A stretch of 62,446 nucleotides of DNA, filler included, from Chthonomonadaceae bacterium (GTDB lineage: Bacteria > Armatimonadota > Chthonomonadetes > Chthonomonadales > Chthonomonadaceae): assembly GCA_035650735.1 (NCBI GenBank). It is 4 parts of 4 records of this genome, joined end to end, with 100 filler letters (N's around TTAATTAATTAA, not from the genome) between each part and the next. Parts side by side here need not be neighbours in the genome. Positions count along the whole stretch, not along the records: positions 1 to 27,383 come from DASRGZ010000177.1; 3 more parts are not named here. The stretch is one strand, 5' to 3'. The notes under the pieces were generated by a model. It saw nothing but the letters and a program-made list of their open reading frames with translations, was not told where the DNA came from and did not search any database. A program made the position numbers and the translations under genes. Of this stretch, positions 10,135 through 20,374 are shown piece after piece. Within the stretch, counting starts at the first letter, position 1. Each line of letters begins with the position of its first letter.

Positions 10135-10243
10135 TTCTGAGCAAGGGCGGCGCGAAAAAACTTCTTGACAGCCAACGCCGCCCTTGTTATACTGTATGCC
10201 AGTTGGCGCGATGCGCGCTAACCACTCCAACGGAAGGAAGCCG
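10135..10243 (+). promoter_or_regulatory. Duplicated promoter cassette, copy 1
   Basis: TTGACA-17-TATACT inside the inverted repeat CAAGGGCGGCG/CGCCGCCCTTG, then a hairpin and GGAAGGA; near-identical to 12643-12754. Confidence 0.8.
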
Positions 10244-10373
10244 ATCTATGTAGCCTGTTGAGCCAGAATAGGCTTGTCGAATAGCTAGCAAGCGTGAGCA
10301 GAAGAAAGTCCCTTTGAGTGCAAAGCTTTGAATATAAGGCTAATAACTTCGGCCCCAAAGGAAGACTTGAGAA

Positions 10374-10797
10374 ATGAAGCGAACTCTTTTGCTTGGCGTT
10401 CTTTCGGCCTTTTTAGTGGCCGGACCGCTCGTTACTTCTGCAAAAGCAGATGGCAACACGCTTACTATTAACCCTGCGCTCGCCTTTCATGGAACGCCCG
10501 CCCCTAGCTATACGCTAAGCTGGACGGTATCCTGGTCACCACCTAAATTCTCTTACGAGTCAGCAGTCATATACGAGCGCGGTCGGTAATTCTAGCTGGT
10601 CCCTAAAGCTAGCTATTCCCGAAGACTACTATTCGGCAGATTGGTCTCCAGTAACCGATAGCAGAACTTACAGCGACCATAATAGTATAAGCGATTGGGA
10701 ATTCTACGTTGCCGCATCCGGTCATGCGTTTGTCAACGGCAATCCTGGCGTCTTTTGGCGCATAGACTCTAATACAGTCAGCCTTTCGATCCGCTAG
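10374..10797 (+). pseudogene. Small secreted beta-rich protein, frameshifted near 10580
   Basis: Signal peptide ORF stops at 10589; the +1 frame continues VGNSSWSLKLAIPEDYY…WEFYVAASG…SNTVSLSIR* to 10797. Confidence 0.55.
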
Positions 10798-10912
10798 AAT
10801 TCAGGATTAACGGGATTAAAAGGAATGGTGGTTAAGTCCTGGGGAAAGCTATTCTCTAGTGGCTTGACCACCATTTCCTTTGTCACAAGAGCTAGGTTGA
10901 GGAGTAGATACC

Positions 10913-12628
10913 GTGTACCGACACAGCCTTCAGGTTTTGCTGCTTGTCTCTCTACTCGTTCTGCCCCGTGCCGCGTTCCCTTCTGTTACGGAGCAATTAC
11001 CCGCAGATCCACAACTTGAGAAGACGATCACGTTAAACGTTACCGGAATCAGTCTTAGTGATCTCCTTAAGAAGCACAGCACCCACTCTCTTTCCTTAAC
11101 CTGTAGCCCTTCCTGTGCCAATCTGAAGCTCCAAATTCATCTCAAGGAGCGTCCTCTGCGGAGCGTGCTGCTGGCCCTCGCGGAGCTTCTGCCGGGCAAG
11201 TGGACTATCAAGGAGGGCAAGACCGCCTACGAGCTACAGATGGATGAGGCGGCTTTGGCGTTGCGTGAGAGATGGTGGCGGATTTTCTTGCGGGAACGGG
11301 AGCAGGCGTTAGCCGCCCAAGCTGCCTATCTGCTTGCAGAGATGCGCGCTACGCCTCAGGAGAGGCCAACAAGCATTGAGGGACCTGACCACGGCGGTCC
11401 CAATCCTATTGTCGAGCGCCAGTTCTTCAACAGCCTCTCCCCTGCTCTTCAGGAACGGATTGCCAACCAGATCAATGACACCCCTTTTTATAGCGCCGAC
11501 ACGGTCTCTTTTTATGGCACAAACGCAGATGAAGGCGCGGTGATAGTGCCTTTTGCCGATCTGACGCCACAGGCGCAGGAAGTCCTTCTGAACCTCTCTC
11601 CCGACCTACAATCCCATCCTGAATTGCGAGCAAATTCCTTCCTTCAATTCACGAACGGCGCTTTCATCCTCGTTGCTAACTGTTATCGCCCAGACGGAAA
11701 GCTCGCAGTAAGCTCCATGAGTATGCAAACAAGTGGCTTGAGTTCCCAGGCGAGATTGGGGATGTTGCGCCTCAACCAGGAGCGCCTGCCGCAGATGCTT
11801 GCTTTGTTGGGACGCGATGCTCCGACGGCCTGGAAGCAACTGGCTGCTTATCAGGAGAGGTGTGTCTGGAACAATGCGCTGCCTGACAGAATGCCTTCGC
11901 GCCAATATCCACCGCCTGATAGGGCGCGAGTGCTTCGCTGGCTGGCCGAGAAAGCCGATATGGAATTTATAGCCGACTACTACTCGCGACCAGGAGATCC
12001 CCAGGCCGAAGATTGGAACCAACCGCTGACTCGTCCATTGGAAGAGGAACTCAACTACCGTGCGGCGCAACTCGATATGAGTTGGAAGAGACACGATAAT
12101 CTATATCTTTTCCGTAACAACCGATGGTATCGAGATGACTATCTTGAGGTTGCCTCGGCGCTGGCCAGAAAGTGGCTGGAGCAGCGCCTGGCCGATGGCC
12201 CTCAACGCAGTCCTGCGTCTGGCAGCGCGCTCAAAGCGCGTATGGATTGGGAAGCCGCTTTCGTTAGCAAGCTAACGCGATGGCAGATCGCCAACGGGCT
12301 AAAATGGCTCCGTGCGGAGGAGAACCGGGAGCCGCCCTTGCCCTCAGAGACTACTGCCTTTCCGTTTCAATCCGATGCGGAGCGCACCCTGCTGGAATAC
12401 AACGTTGCGCGTTTCTATACCTCTTTAACGGAGCAAGCGCGTACCTCTCTGCTTAACGGAGCCCTGGACTTCGCCTCGCTCAATGCGGAACAGCAACAGC
12501 TTGCCCAGTACCTTCTTCCCATGCTGCCAGTGGCTCTGAAAGCAGCTTCCGGCAGGATGGTACACCTGGGGCTTACTGTCAGAGAGCGAACGGTTCCCAA
12601 GGCGTGCTTGACATATCAAGTACATTGA
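10913..12628 (+). CDS. Secreted hypothetical protein with a secretin/TonB-N (STN)-like N-terminus
   Basis: 571-aa ORF, signal peptide, DPQLEKTITLNVTGISLSDLL motif. Confidence 0.6.
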   Translation: MYRHSLQVLLLVSLLVLPRAAFPSVTEQLPADPQLEKTITLNVTGISLSDLLKKHSTHSLSLTCSPSCANLKLQIHLKERPLRSVLLALAELLPGKWTIKEGKTAYELQMDEAALALRERWWRIFLREREQALAAQAAYLLAEMRATPQERPTSIEGPDHGGPNPIVERQFFNSLSPALQERIANQINDTPFYSADTVSFYGTNADEGAVIVPFADLTPQAQEVLLNLSPDLQSHPELRANSFLQFTNGAFILVANCYRPDGKLAVSSMSMQTSGLSSQARLGMLRLNQERLPQMLALLGRDAPTAWKQLAAYQERCVWNNALPDRMPSRQYPPPDRARVLRWLAEKADMEFIADYYSRPGDPQAEDWNQPLTRPLEEELNYRAAQLDMSWKRHDNLYLFRNNRWYRDDYLEVASALARKWLEQRLADGPQRSPASGSALKARMDWEAAFVSKLTRWQIANGLKWLRAEENREPPLPSETTAFPFQSDAERTLLEYNVARFYTSLTEQARTSLLNGALDFASLNAEQQQLAQYLLPMLPVALKAASGRMVHLGLTVRERTVPKACLTYQVH

Positions 12629-12642
12629 ATATCAATCTCGCG

Positions 12643-12754
12643 TTCTGAGCAAGGGCGGCGCGAAAAAAAACTGCTTGACAACCCAACGCCGCCCTTGTTA
12701 TACTGTATGCCAGTTGGCGCGCATCGCGCCAACCATTCCAACGGAAGGAAGCCG
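12643..12754 (+). promoter_or_regulatory. Duplicated promoter cassette, copy 2
   Basis: TTGACA-18-TATACT, same inverted repeat, hairpin and RBS as copy 1. Confidence 0.8.
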
Positions 12755-12758
12755 GTTG

Positions 12759-12899
12759 ATGCAGCTTCGCATAGACAGCCTGGTAAGGAACGTCTACCTG
12801 CTTACGGTGACGACTCCGAATATTCGCATGGCTGTTGCACGCTCGGATTCTGCCCGAGCGGTCTCTGCGCTGCGTTGCCCTGCCTCCGAATTCCGTTGA
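12759..12899 (+). CDS. Putative leader peptide (46 aa)
   Basis: RBS GGAAGGA; MQLRIDSLVRNVYLL…PASEFR*; followed by terminators and then the ABC operon. Confidence 0.4.
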   Translation: MQLRIDSLVRNVYLLTVTTPNIRMAVARSDSARAVSALRCPASEFR

Positions 12900-12938
12900 C
12901 ACTGCGCTTCTCTGAGCTATCATAGCGTCCCTTCGGAG

Positions 12939-13018
12939 AGCCACGGGCCACAGCGCGCCGGTGGCTTTTGTTGTGTCTGGCCTGCCACCGGTATGTCCTG
13001 GATACCGGTGGCTTTTGT
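12939..13018 (+). terminator. Two tandem intrinsic terminator-like hairpins
   Basis: AGCCAC…GTGGCT-TTTG and GCCACCGGTAT…ATACCGGTGGC-TTTT. Confidence 0.7.
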
Positions 13019-13309
13019 GCGTTTGGGGCAAAATTATAGCCCGGCTACGCTCACGCGCGCCGGGCTTCAGAAGGCGAACAGGACGGATCCCGTTCATGAC
13101 CCGTAGGCTAAAACAGGCTAAACCGCCTGTTCACCTCGTTGACTATAATCCATGTTAGCCACCACCTCCTTCTTTGTCTGGGACTATTATCGCAGGAATG
13201 GCCGGGGAAGTCAAGAGGCATTTCTACGGTGAACGGGTGTATCCGGACAGTTGGCGGAGTTTTTTTATCGGATTCTGCTGACGGATATTTTGAAAGGCGA
13301 GAACGAAGG

Positions 13310-14101
13310 ATGACACTTCTGCTGCGCAGATACGGGAAAACAGCGGCGATGGCAGTAGCCGGCTTCGTCGGGGACAGCCCCATGTTCCTGATGGACTACC
13401 TGCTGCGCTTTCTGCGCGTGGCCGTGATGCTTTCGATCTGGCGGACGATACTGGCGGGACGCGGCCCAGTCTCCGGCATGACCCTGTCTGCCGTGCTGAC
13501 CTATACGCTCATCGCGGAGGTGTTCGCCGAGCAGTTGACCTGCCGGACGGAACTGGTGTGGGCCTTCTGGGACGGCTCTATCGCCACCCGCTTTTTGAAG
13601 CCGATGGGCGTGTTCGCGCAGTTTACGGCAGAAATGCTGGGACGGTGGGCCTTCGGGTTCTGCCTGTTCTCGCTGCCGTTGCTGCTGTGTGCGTCGCTTC
13701 TGGGCGTCAATCCGCTCCCGGCAAGTGGGGCTGCGGGCTTGCTCTTTCTGGCGAGTCTGGCGCTGGGCGTCTCGGTCGGGCTGACGCTGGAATATATCAG
13801 CGCAGGGCTGGCGGTCGGATTAGAGATGTATCCCTACGTGCTCAGTCAGGCGCGTGCGGCGCTGGCGACGGTGCTCTCAGGCGCCTTTCTGCCACTGGCG
13901 CTGCTGCCCTGGGGACTGGGCAAGGTCTTCGGGTGGCTGCCCTTTGCTTCGATGGCCTCCGCGCCGCTGCGCATCTATACCGGGACGGGCGATCCGCTCT
14001 GGCTGCTGGCGGTGCAGGCGGGCTGGTCGGCGCTGCTCTGGCCGGTGGCGGCCTGGCTGTGGCGCGTGAATCGGGAAAGGATGGTCTCTTATGGAGGCTA
14101 G
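13310..14101 (+). CDS. ABC-2 family (ABC2_membrane_6) permease
   Basis: DGSIATRFLKP, LSGAFLPLALLP, WLPFAS…PLRIY, ends SYGG. Confidence 0.88.
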   Translation: MTLLLRRYGKTAAMAVAGFVGDSPMFLMDYLLRFLRVAVMLSIWRTILAGRGPVSGMTLSAVLTYTLIAEVFAEQLTCRTELVWAFWDGSIATRFLKPMGVFAQFTAEMLGRWAFGFCLFSLPLLLCASLLGVNPLPASGAAGLLFLASLALGVSVGLTLEYISAGLAVGLEMYPYVLSQARAALATVLSGAFLPLALLPWGLGKVFGWLPFASMASAPLRIYTGTGDPLWLLAVQAGWSALLWPVAAWLWRVNRERMVSYGG

Positions 14102-14948
14102 AGGGTTCGGAGGAACCATTCTGCGCATTTTCCGGCTGTGGCGGCTGTACGCGATGCTCGATGTGATGGTCGCGACGCGCAGCCTGAAAGAGTGCGTGCT
14201 GTGGATGATCTCTGACGCGATCCTGAACATCGCCGCCGTGACGGGGATGCTGCTGCTGGCGGTACGGTTTGCCGGTATCGGGCACTGGACGAAGAACCAG
14301 GTGATCTACATGCTGGGCTACGCGACGGTGGTGAGCGGCACGGTGGCGGTCTTCTTCAGCTACAACGTGGTCTTCATTAGCCGCCGCCTGGGGCGCGGGC
14401 AGTTCGACCACACCCTGATTCAGCCGCAGCCGATCTGGATGTCGCTGCTGACGGAGGGATTCAGCCCGGTGTTCGGGCTGCCGATGCTGCTGCCCGGCGT
14501 CGGGCTGCTTCTCTGGGCGATAAGCCGACTGCCGCTGGTGCTTACTCCGGTCTGGCTGGCGCTGCTGCTATTGAACCTGGCCGCCTCCTGCGCTATCGTC
14601 ATGGCGTTTCAGTATCTCTGGGGCAGCCTGGCGTTCTGGGCGCCCCGCGCCGCCGAAGAGATCAATAGCAGCTCCATGCACTTTATGGATCAGCTCAAGC
14701 AGTATCCTCTCGACGGGCTGGGGACCGCGCTCTCGAGTGGGCTGCTGACGATTCTGCCGGTGGGCTTTGCGGGCTGGTATCCGTGCCGGGCGCTGCTCGG
14801 CCTGGATACGACGGCCTGGGGAGTATGGATGACGCCGCTGGCGGCGCTGGCGCTCTGCGCGCTGGCCGGCATGATTTTTCAGCGAGGGATGAGACACTAT
14901 GGCCGCACAGGCTCACAACGCTATAGCTCCTTCGGACATCGTGGTTGA
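14091..14948 (+). CDS. ABC-2 family (ABC2_membrane_6) permease
   Basis: GQFDHTLIQPQP, QYPLDG, ILPVGFAGWYP; overlaps both neighbours. Confidence 0.88.
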   Translation: MEARGFGGTILRIFRLWRLYAMLDVMVATRSLKECVLWMISDAILNIAAVTGMLLLAVRFAGIGHWTKNQVIYMLGYATVVSGTVAVFFSYNVVFISRRLGRGQFDHTLIQPQPIWMSLLTEGFSPVFGLPMLLPGVGLLLWAISRLPLVLTPVWLALLLLNLAASCAIVMAFQYLWGSLAFWAPRAAEEINSSSMHFMDQLKQYPLDGLGTALSSGLLTILPVGFAGWYPCRALLGLDTTAWGVWMTPLAALALCALAGMIFQRGMRHYGRTGSQRYSSFGHRG

Positions 14949-15960
14949 GATGGCGGGCGTCTCCAAGACGTTCCGGCAGCGGCAGCGTTCCGAGAAGCTG
15001 AGCGATGTTTTCCGCAATCTTTTTCGCCCTTCCATCCGGGAGGTTCCTGCGCTGCGCGACATTGCCCTGCGCATCGAGCGTGGGGAGATCGTCGCCTACG
15101 CTGGCCCGAATGGCGCGGGCAAAAGCACGACGGTCAAGCTGCTCTCCGGGATGCTCGCGCCCGACGCCGGAACCATTCGCGTGCTGGGCATGGACCCCAT
15201 CCGCGACCGGGTGCGCTATGTCAACCATATCGGCGTCGTGTTCGGGCAGCGCACGGAACTCTGGAATGATCATCCGGTGGCGGCGAGCTTCGAGTGGAAG
15301 CGGGTTGTCTGGGACATCCCGCGCGATCGCTACGACCGGATGCTGGGCTTCGTCAAAGCGCTCCTCGGTTTGGGCGAGTTTTTCAACAGCCTGGTGCGCG
15401 AACTCAGCCTGGGGCAGCGGATGCGCGCCGACCTGGGATTGGCGCTGCTGCACGAGCCGGAAATTCTCTTTCTGGATGAGCCGACGCTCGGCCTGGACGT
15501 GCTTGCCAAGCGCAATATCCTGGGCTTTATCCAGGATCTGAACCGGGAGCGGCGCGTCACCGTGATGGTCACCAGCCATGATATGTCCGACCTGGAGCAG
15601 CTGGCCGGGCGCATTATGATGATTGACCGAGGCCGGATCGCCTACGACGGGGATTTTCATCGGCTGCGTCGCGAGTTCGCGGACCGCCGCGCCCTGCTGA
15701 TCGAGACCGCCGAGGGCGCCGCGCCGAAGCTTTCCGGCGCGGAACTGATCCGCAGCGAGGCGGGGCGGCACGAGTACGCCTTCGATGCTTCGCGGGTGAG
15801 CATCGCCGCGCTGCTGGAACAGGCGAGCGCGCAGGCGCAGATCCTGGACGTGGAGACGCACCGCGCGCCCATAGACGACGTGATCGCCGACATCTACGAG
15901 CGGTGGCAGGGCAACGACCACGCGCCGACGGCGGCTTCCGTCCCGGAGGCAGCCAGATAA
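14899..15960 (+). CDS. ABC transporter ATP-binding protein
   Basis: GPNGAGKST, VFGQRTELW, LSLGQRMR, FLDEPT, SH. Confidence 0.95.
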   Translation: MAAQAHNAIAPSDIVVEMAGVSKTFRQRQRSEKLSDVFRNLFRPSIREVPALRDIALRIERGEIVAYAGPNGAGKSTTVKLLSGMLAPDAGTIRVLGMDPIRDRVRYVNHIGVVFGQRTELWNDHPVAASFEWKRVVWDIPRDRYDRMLGFVKALLGLGEFFNSLVRELSLGQRMRADLGLALLHEPEILFLDEPTLGLDVLAKRNILGFIQDLNRERRVTVMVTSHDMSDLEQLAGRIMMIDRGRIAYDGDFHRLRREFADRRALLIETAEGAAPKLSGAELIRSEAGRHEYAFDASRVSIAALLEQASAQAQILDVETHRAPIDDVIADIYERWQGNDHAPTAASVPEAAR

Positions 15961-15998
15961 AAGCAGATAGCAAAAGGCCCTCATCCCGGTCCTTTCTG

Positions 15999-16068
15999 AC
16001 CTAACCCCCTGGCCCCTTCCCTAGCGAGGAACGAGCGAGTAGGGAAGGGGCCAGGGGGTAGGTAGGTC
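15999..16068. repeat. REP-like palindrome (ACCTAACCCCC…CCCCTTCCCT…AGGGAAGGGG)
   Basis: Related copies near 17560-17622, 20472-20512, 23980-24041, 26982, 50576 and 61212. Confidence 0.7.
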
Positions 16069-16108
16069 CGCGCAGATTGAGCCAGATAGAAAAGGAGACC
16101 AAAACGCA

Positions 16109-17284
16109 ATGGAAATACGAGTGTTGTCCGGTGAGGAGGAAGAACAAGCCTGGTATGTCTGGTCGCAGGCGTTTGAGCGGGGCGACCGCGAGATGCGGGA
16201 GTGGCGCGAGTGGAGGGCGACAACGGAGGACAAGTCCGTTACATTCGGCGTGTTTGACGCGGCGGGGCTACAGGCGACCGTGCTGGTCACCGACTACCGC
16301 ATCCATCTCGGCCCGGAGGTCATCGTGCCGATGGGCGGTATTGGCGGCGTGGCCTGCCTGCCCGCCAGCCGGGGCAAGGGCTACGCGGGCGCGGGGCTAA
16401 GGGCCTCCCTGGAAGGAATGCGTGAGGCCGGGCAGGTCGTCTCCGTTCTGTTCCCGTTTAGCTGGGAGTACTACCGCCGTTTCGGCTGGGAATGGGTCGG
16501 CGTCAACCGCCACTACGCCATCCCGTCGCGTGTCTTGCGGCCTGACCCGGAGACGGAGAACGTCCGCGCTGCCACGCCCGCCGACCGCTCCGCCATCGTT
16601 GGCGCCTATACGGAGTTCGCCGGGCGGTATCGGGGTATGCTGGCCCGCCGCGGGCGGACCTGGGCGGAGATGCTCGACGACAAGGAGAAGGAGTACACCT
16701 ACACCTACCTCTATGAGAAGGAGGGCAAGGTAGAGGGCTACCTGACCTACCGTGGCGGCAAGGAAGAGGGGACGCGGCTGGGCGAATTCCTCTCGCTGAG
16801 GCCTCGCGCCCAGCGCGCCTTGCTGGGCCTGCTGCGCCGCCACGACATGCAGATCAACAAGTTCACCTGGCACGCCCCCGAAGACGATACCCTCTGGCAG
16901 CAATACTACCACTGGGACTTCGAGACGAAAATCCAGCCGGTGACGATGGGCCGGGTGGTGGATGTCGTGGGAGCGCTCCAGTCCTGGCGGCCAGACAGGA
17001 AGGCGGGCGGCGTGGTGATGCTGGCCGTTCAGGACGAACACGCGCCCTGGAATGCCCGCACCTGGAAGGTGGAGTTTGCAGGCGGCGAGGTCGCCGTGCG
17101 GCCTGCCGAGGCGGCGCCCCAGGTCGCGCTGGACATCCAGGCGCTCTCACAAGCCTATTTCGGCACGCCGACGCTGGATCAACTGCGCGCCGCCGACCGG
17201 CTGGCTGTTTACGATGAGGCGGGTTACACGGCCCTGCGCGATCTGTTGGCCGGGCCGCCCATGTGGCTGAACGACGAGTTCTAG
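16109..17284 (+). CDS. Eis-like GNAT acetyltransferase with SCP2-like C-terminus
   Basis: MGGIGGVACLPASRGKGYA, LFPFSWEYYRRFGWE, MGRVVDV, D..APWN. Confidence 0.9.
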   Translation: MEIRVLSGEEEEQAWYVWSQAFERGDREMREWREWRATTEDKSVTFGVFDAAGLQATVLVTDYRIHLGPEVIVPMGGIGGVACLPASRGKGYAGAGLRASLEGMREAGQVVSVLFPFSWEYYRRFGWEWVGVNRHYAIPSRVLRPDPETENVRAATPADRSAIVGAYTEFAGRYRGMLARRGRTWAEMLDDKEKEYTYTYLYEKEGKVEGYLTYRGGKEEGTRLGEFLSLRPRAQRALLGLLRRHDMQINKFTWHAPEDDTLWQQYYHWDFETKIQPVTMGRVVDVVGALQSWRPDRKAGGVVMLAVQDEHAPWNARTWKVEFAGGEVAVRPAEAAPQVALDIQALSQAYFGTPTLDQLRAADRLAVYDEAGYTALRDLLAGPPMWLNDEF

Positions 17285-17896
17285 GAAGTGGCCCGCTTCC
17301 TTGTTGCGGAAGGGGAGAGTGCCTCACCTCCGGCCCCTCTCCTTCTCAAGGAGAGGGGAGCGGCCCCCACCCCCTTCCCCACTGCAAGGGACACCGCTCA
17401 ACGGACTGCCAGGGTCGGGCCTGCAATGGACTGCCAGGGTCGGCAGGGTTACGGCCCTTGCCTCCGCCTTGCCACAGCCCTCCGCCTTGAGACACGGCTC
17501 TGCCTGGCGACACCCCTCCGCCTAGGGATCCCCAATTCTAGGGGAGGGGAGAGCAGAAGCCGGTCCCCCTTTCCCTGTCGCGTTAGCGGCGAAGCAGGGA
17601 AGGGGGTCGGGGGGTTAGGTCCAGGGGCATAACAACATCAGGAAACTATCGGGCATATGGATAGAAATCGAAAGGACATCACGATGAATAGCATCTATCT
17701 CGCCTACCGTCGGCGCTTAGAAAGCGCGCTTGCCTGGCTGCATCATGGCCGGGCTATCCCTGTCTCCTGCGCCTGGGAGGAGGACCGTACCTGCCTCGCC
17801 TTGATTTGCCGGGAAGGGATGCGGCGGTGGTGCCGTAGGTATCTGCTCTTCTCTGTCCTCCGATAGTTTCTACGCGCCCGTTCAGGGAGTAGAACC

Positions 17897-18709
17897 ATGC
17901 TGATCACAAGCCGCAGTAATTCCAACATCAAGCATATCCGCAGCCTGCTCGGCCGGAAAGAGCGGGAGCGGACGGGATTGTTCTTTGTGGAGGGCATTCG
18001 CCTGATCGTGGAGGCCGTCGAACTTTGCGCGGGCATTACAACTCTGGTGGTCGCACCGGAACTGCTGGACAGCGCGCTGGCGCAGAGGGTCGTGCGGATG
18101 CAGCAGGCGCTGGGGATTCCCTGCCTGGAAGTGAGCGCCGATGTCTTCAAGAGCCTATCGGTGCGGGGCGGCTATCAGGGTCTTGGCGCGGTAGTGCGTC
18201 AGCGCTGGGAGCCGCTGGAGAAGGTGCGGCTGGCAGAAGAGTTGTGCTGGGTGGCTCTGGACGCTGTGCAGTACCCAAGCAACCTGGGGACCATCCTCCG
18301 CACCTGCGAGGCGGTGGGAGGGGCAGGTATCCTTCTCATCGGCAACACTACCGATCCCTATGATCCGGCGGCGGTGCGCGCCAGCATGGGGGCCGTGTTC
18401 AGCCAGCGGTTGGTGCGGACAAACTTCGCGGAGTTTCTGGCCTGGAAATGCCGGCACAACTACGTGGTTGTCGGCACGTCGCCGGGAGCCGAGATGGACT
18501 ACCAGGCGGTAACGTATCGCCCGCCGGTGGTGCTGCTGATGGGCAGCGAGCGGGCCGGGCTCTCGCGGGAGCAGCAGGCGCTGTGTGATCTTACCATCCG
18601 CATTCCAATGGTCGGCTGCACCGATTCGCTCAACGTGGCGGTGGCAGCGAGCGTGGTGCTGTACGAGATGTTCAACCAGCGCCGCGCTGCCAGGGGACAT
18701 CTACACTAA
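17897..18709 (+). CDS. TrmH/SpoU-family RNA 2'-O-methyltransferase
   Basis: FFVEG, PSNLGTILRT, VRASMG, MGSERAGL, IPMVG..SLNVAVA. Confidence 0.93.
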   Translation: MLITSRSNSNIKHIRSLLGRKERERTGLFFVEGIRLIVEAVELCAGITTLVVAPELLDSALAQRVVRMQQALGIPCLEVSADVFKSLSVRGGYQGLGAVVRQRWEPLEKVRLAEELCWVALDAVQYPSNLGTILRTCEAVGGAGILLIGNTTDPYDPAAVRASMGAVFSQRLVRTNFAEFLAWKCRHNYVVVGTSPGAEMDYQAVTYRPPVVLLMGSERAGLSREQQALCDLTIRIPMVGCTDSLNVAVAASVVLYEMFNQRRAARGHLH

Positions 18710-18809
18710 TCTCTCTCACGCACCAAAAAGGCCGGAGCATTCCATTCTTAGGTTTCGGCCCATTTGGGAGCGCGTTTACGTTGCGGATGATCCATACCGT
18801 AGAACGATG

Positions 18810-18841
18810 GGAGCGGCGAGGTAATTGCACCTCGCCGCTCC
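18810..18841. terminator. Hairpin between convergent genes
   Basis: GAGCGGCGAGGT…ACCTCGCCGCTC. Confidence 0.55.
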
Positions 18842-18871
18842 CCCTTGTGAGATTAATTGGGCGCGCGGAAG

Positions 18872-20335
18872 CTACGCAAGTATCTTCTTGACCACCACGC
18901 CGGCCACGTCCGTCAGGCGGAAATCGCGGCCCTGGTATTTGTAGGTCAGCCGCTCATGATCCACGCCGAGCAGATGGAGGATGGTGGCGTTGAGGTCGTG
19001 GATATGGACGGGATCGGCGGTGATGTTGTAGCAGAAGTCGTCGGTTTCGCCAAGCGTCATGCCGGGCTTGATTCCCGCGCCCGCCATCCAGATCGAGAAG
19101 CAGCGGCCATGATGGTCGCGCCCGTAGTTGTCCTGGGTCAGCGTGCCCTGGCTGTAGACCGTGCGCCCGAACTCCCCGCCCCAGATGACCAGCGTATCCT
19201 CCAGCAGGCCGCGCTGCTTTAAGTCTTTGATCAGGGCGGCGGAAGGCTGGTCGGTGTCCTTGCACTGGCCGCGTATCTGCATTGGCAGGTTGCCGTGCTG
19301 ATCCCAGCCGCGATGGAAAAGCTGCACGAAGCGCACGCCGCGCTCGGCCAGGCGGCGGGCCAGGAGGCAGTTCGCCGCAAAGGTGCCCGGCTTGCGCGAG
19401 TCGGGGCCGTACATCTCGTAGACCTGCGGCGGCTCGTGGGAGATGTCCATCAGGTCGGGCACCGACGCCTGCATCCGGTAGGCCATCTCGTACTGGGCGA
19501 TGCGCGTGTTGATCTCGGGGTCGCCGAAGGCTTCCTCCGCCATGTGGTTGAGCTTGGCGATGCCGTCGAGCATCTGACGGCGGCTGGCATTGTCTATGCC
19601 TGGCGGGTTGTTGAGATAGAGAACGGGATCGCCGGTGGAGCGCAGCTTGACCCCTTGATGGACCGAGGGCAGGAAGCCGCTGCCCCAGAGCCGCCCGAAC
19701 AGCGGCTGGTCGTTCGGGTTGCCGGTGCCTTGCGAAATGAGGACGACGTAGGCGGGCAGGTTCTGGTTCTCGCTGCCCAGGCCGTAGGAGACCCACGCCC
19801 CGATGCTGGGCCGTCCCGGCTGCTGGGAGCCGGTCTGAATAAAGGTGATGGCCGGGTCGTGATTGATCGCCTCGGTATGCATCGTCTTGATGATGCAGAT
19901 GTCGTCGGCGACCTCGCCGATGTGGGGCAGTAGCTCGCTCAGCCACGCCCCGGACTTGCCGTGTTGCGAGAACTTGAAGATCGTCGGCGCGACCGGCAGG
20001 GTCTTCTGGCCGGAGGTCATGCCCGTGATCCGCTGGCCCATGCGCACCGAGGAGGGCAGGTCAATGCCCCGGTACTTGGCCATCTGCGGCTTCCAGTCGA
20101 ACAGGTCAATATGGGAGGGTGCCCCGGACTGGAAGAGGTAGATGACACGCTTGGCCTTTGCGGGAAAATGCGGCCCAGGAAGGATGCCGTTATAGCCCTT
20201 CTGGTGGGCGACCGTACCGGCAAGCGCCTCCGGGTTCAGCAGTGAGGCCAGCGCCACCGTGCCGATGCCGGTGGCAAACCGGCCAAACAACTGCCTGCGG
20301 GTCAGCAACAATTCGTATTCTCTGCGCGGATCCAT
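18872..20335 (-). CDS. DUF1501 (sulfatase-like, Tat-type) protein
   Basis: [45 protein letters not shown]. Confidence 0.92.
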   Translation of the reverse strand: MDPRREYELLLTRRQLFGRFATGIGTVALASLLNPEALAGTVAHQKGYNGILPGPHFPAKAKRVIYLFQSGAPSHIDLFDWKPQMAKYRGIDLPSSVRMGQRITGMTSGQKTLPVAPTIFKFSQHGKSGAWLSELLPHIGEVADDICIIKTMHTEAINHDPAITFIQTGSQQPGRPSIGAWVSYGLGSENQNLPAYVVLISQGTGNPNDQPLFGRLWGSGFLPSVHQGVKLRSTGDPVLYLNNPPGIDNASRRQMLDGIAKLNHMAEEAFGDPEINTRIAQYEMAYRMQASVPDLMDISHEPPQVYEMYGPDSRKPGTFAANCLLARRLAERGVRFVQLFHRGWDQHGNLPMQIRGQCKDTDQPSAALIKDLKQRGLLEDTLVIWGGEFGRTVYSQGTLTQDNYGRDHHGRCFSIWMAGAGIKPGMTLGETDDFCYNITADPVHIHDLNATILHLLGVDHERLTYKYQGRDFRLTDVAGVVVKKILA

Positions 20336-20374
20336 TCTGTTTCCTTTTTAACCTAACACCCCGGCCCTTTGTGC

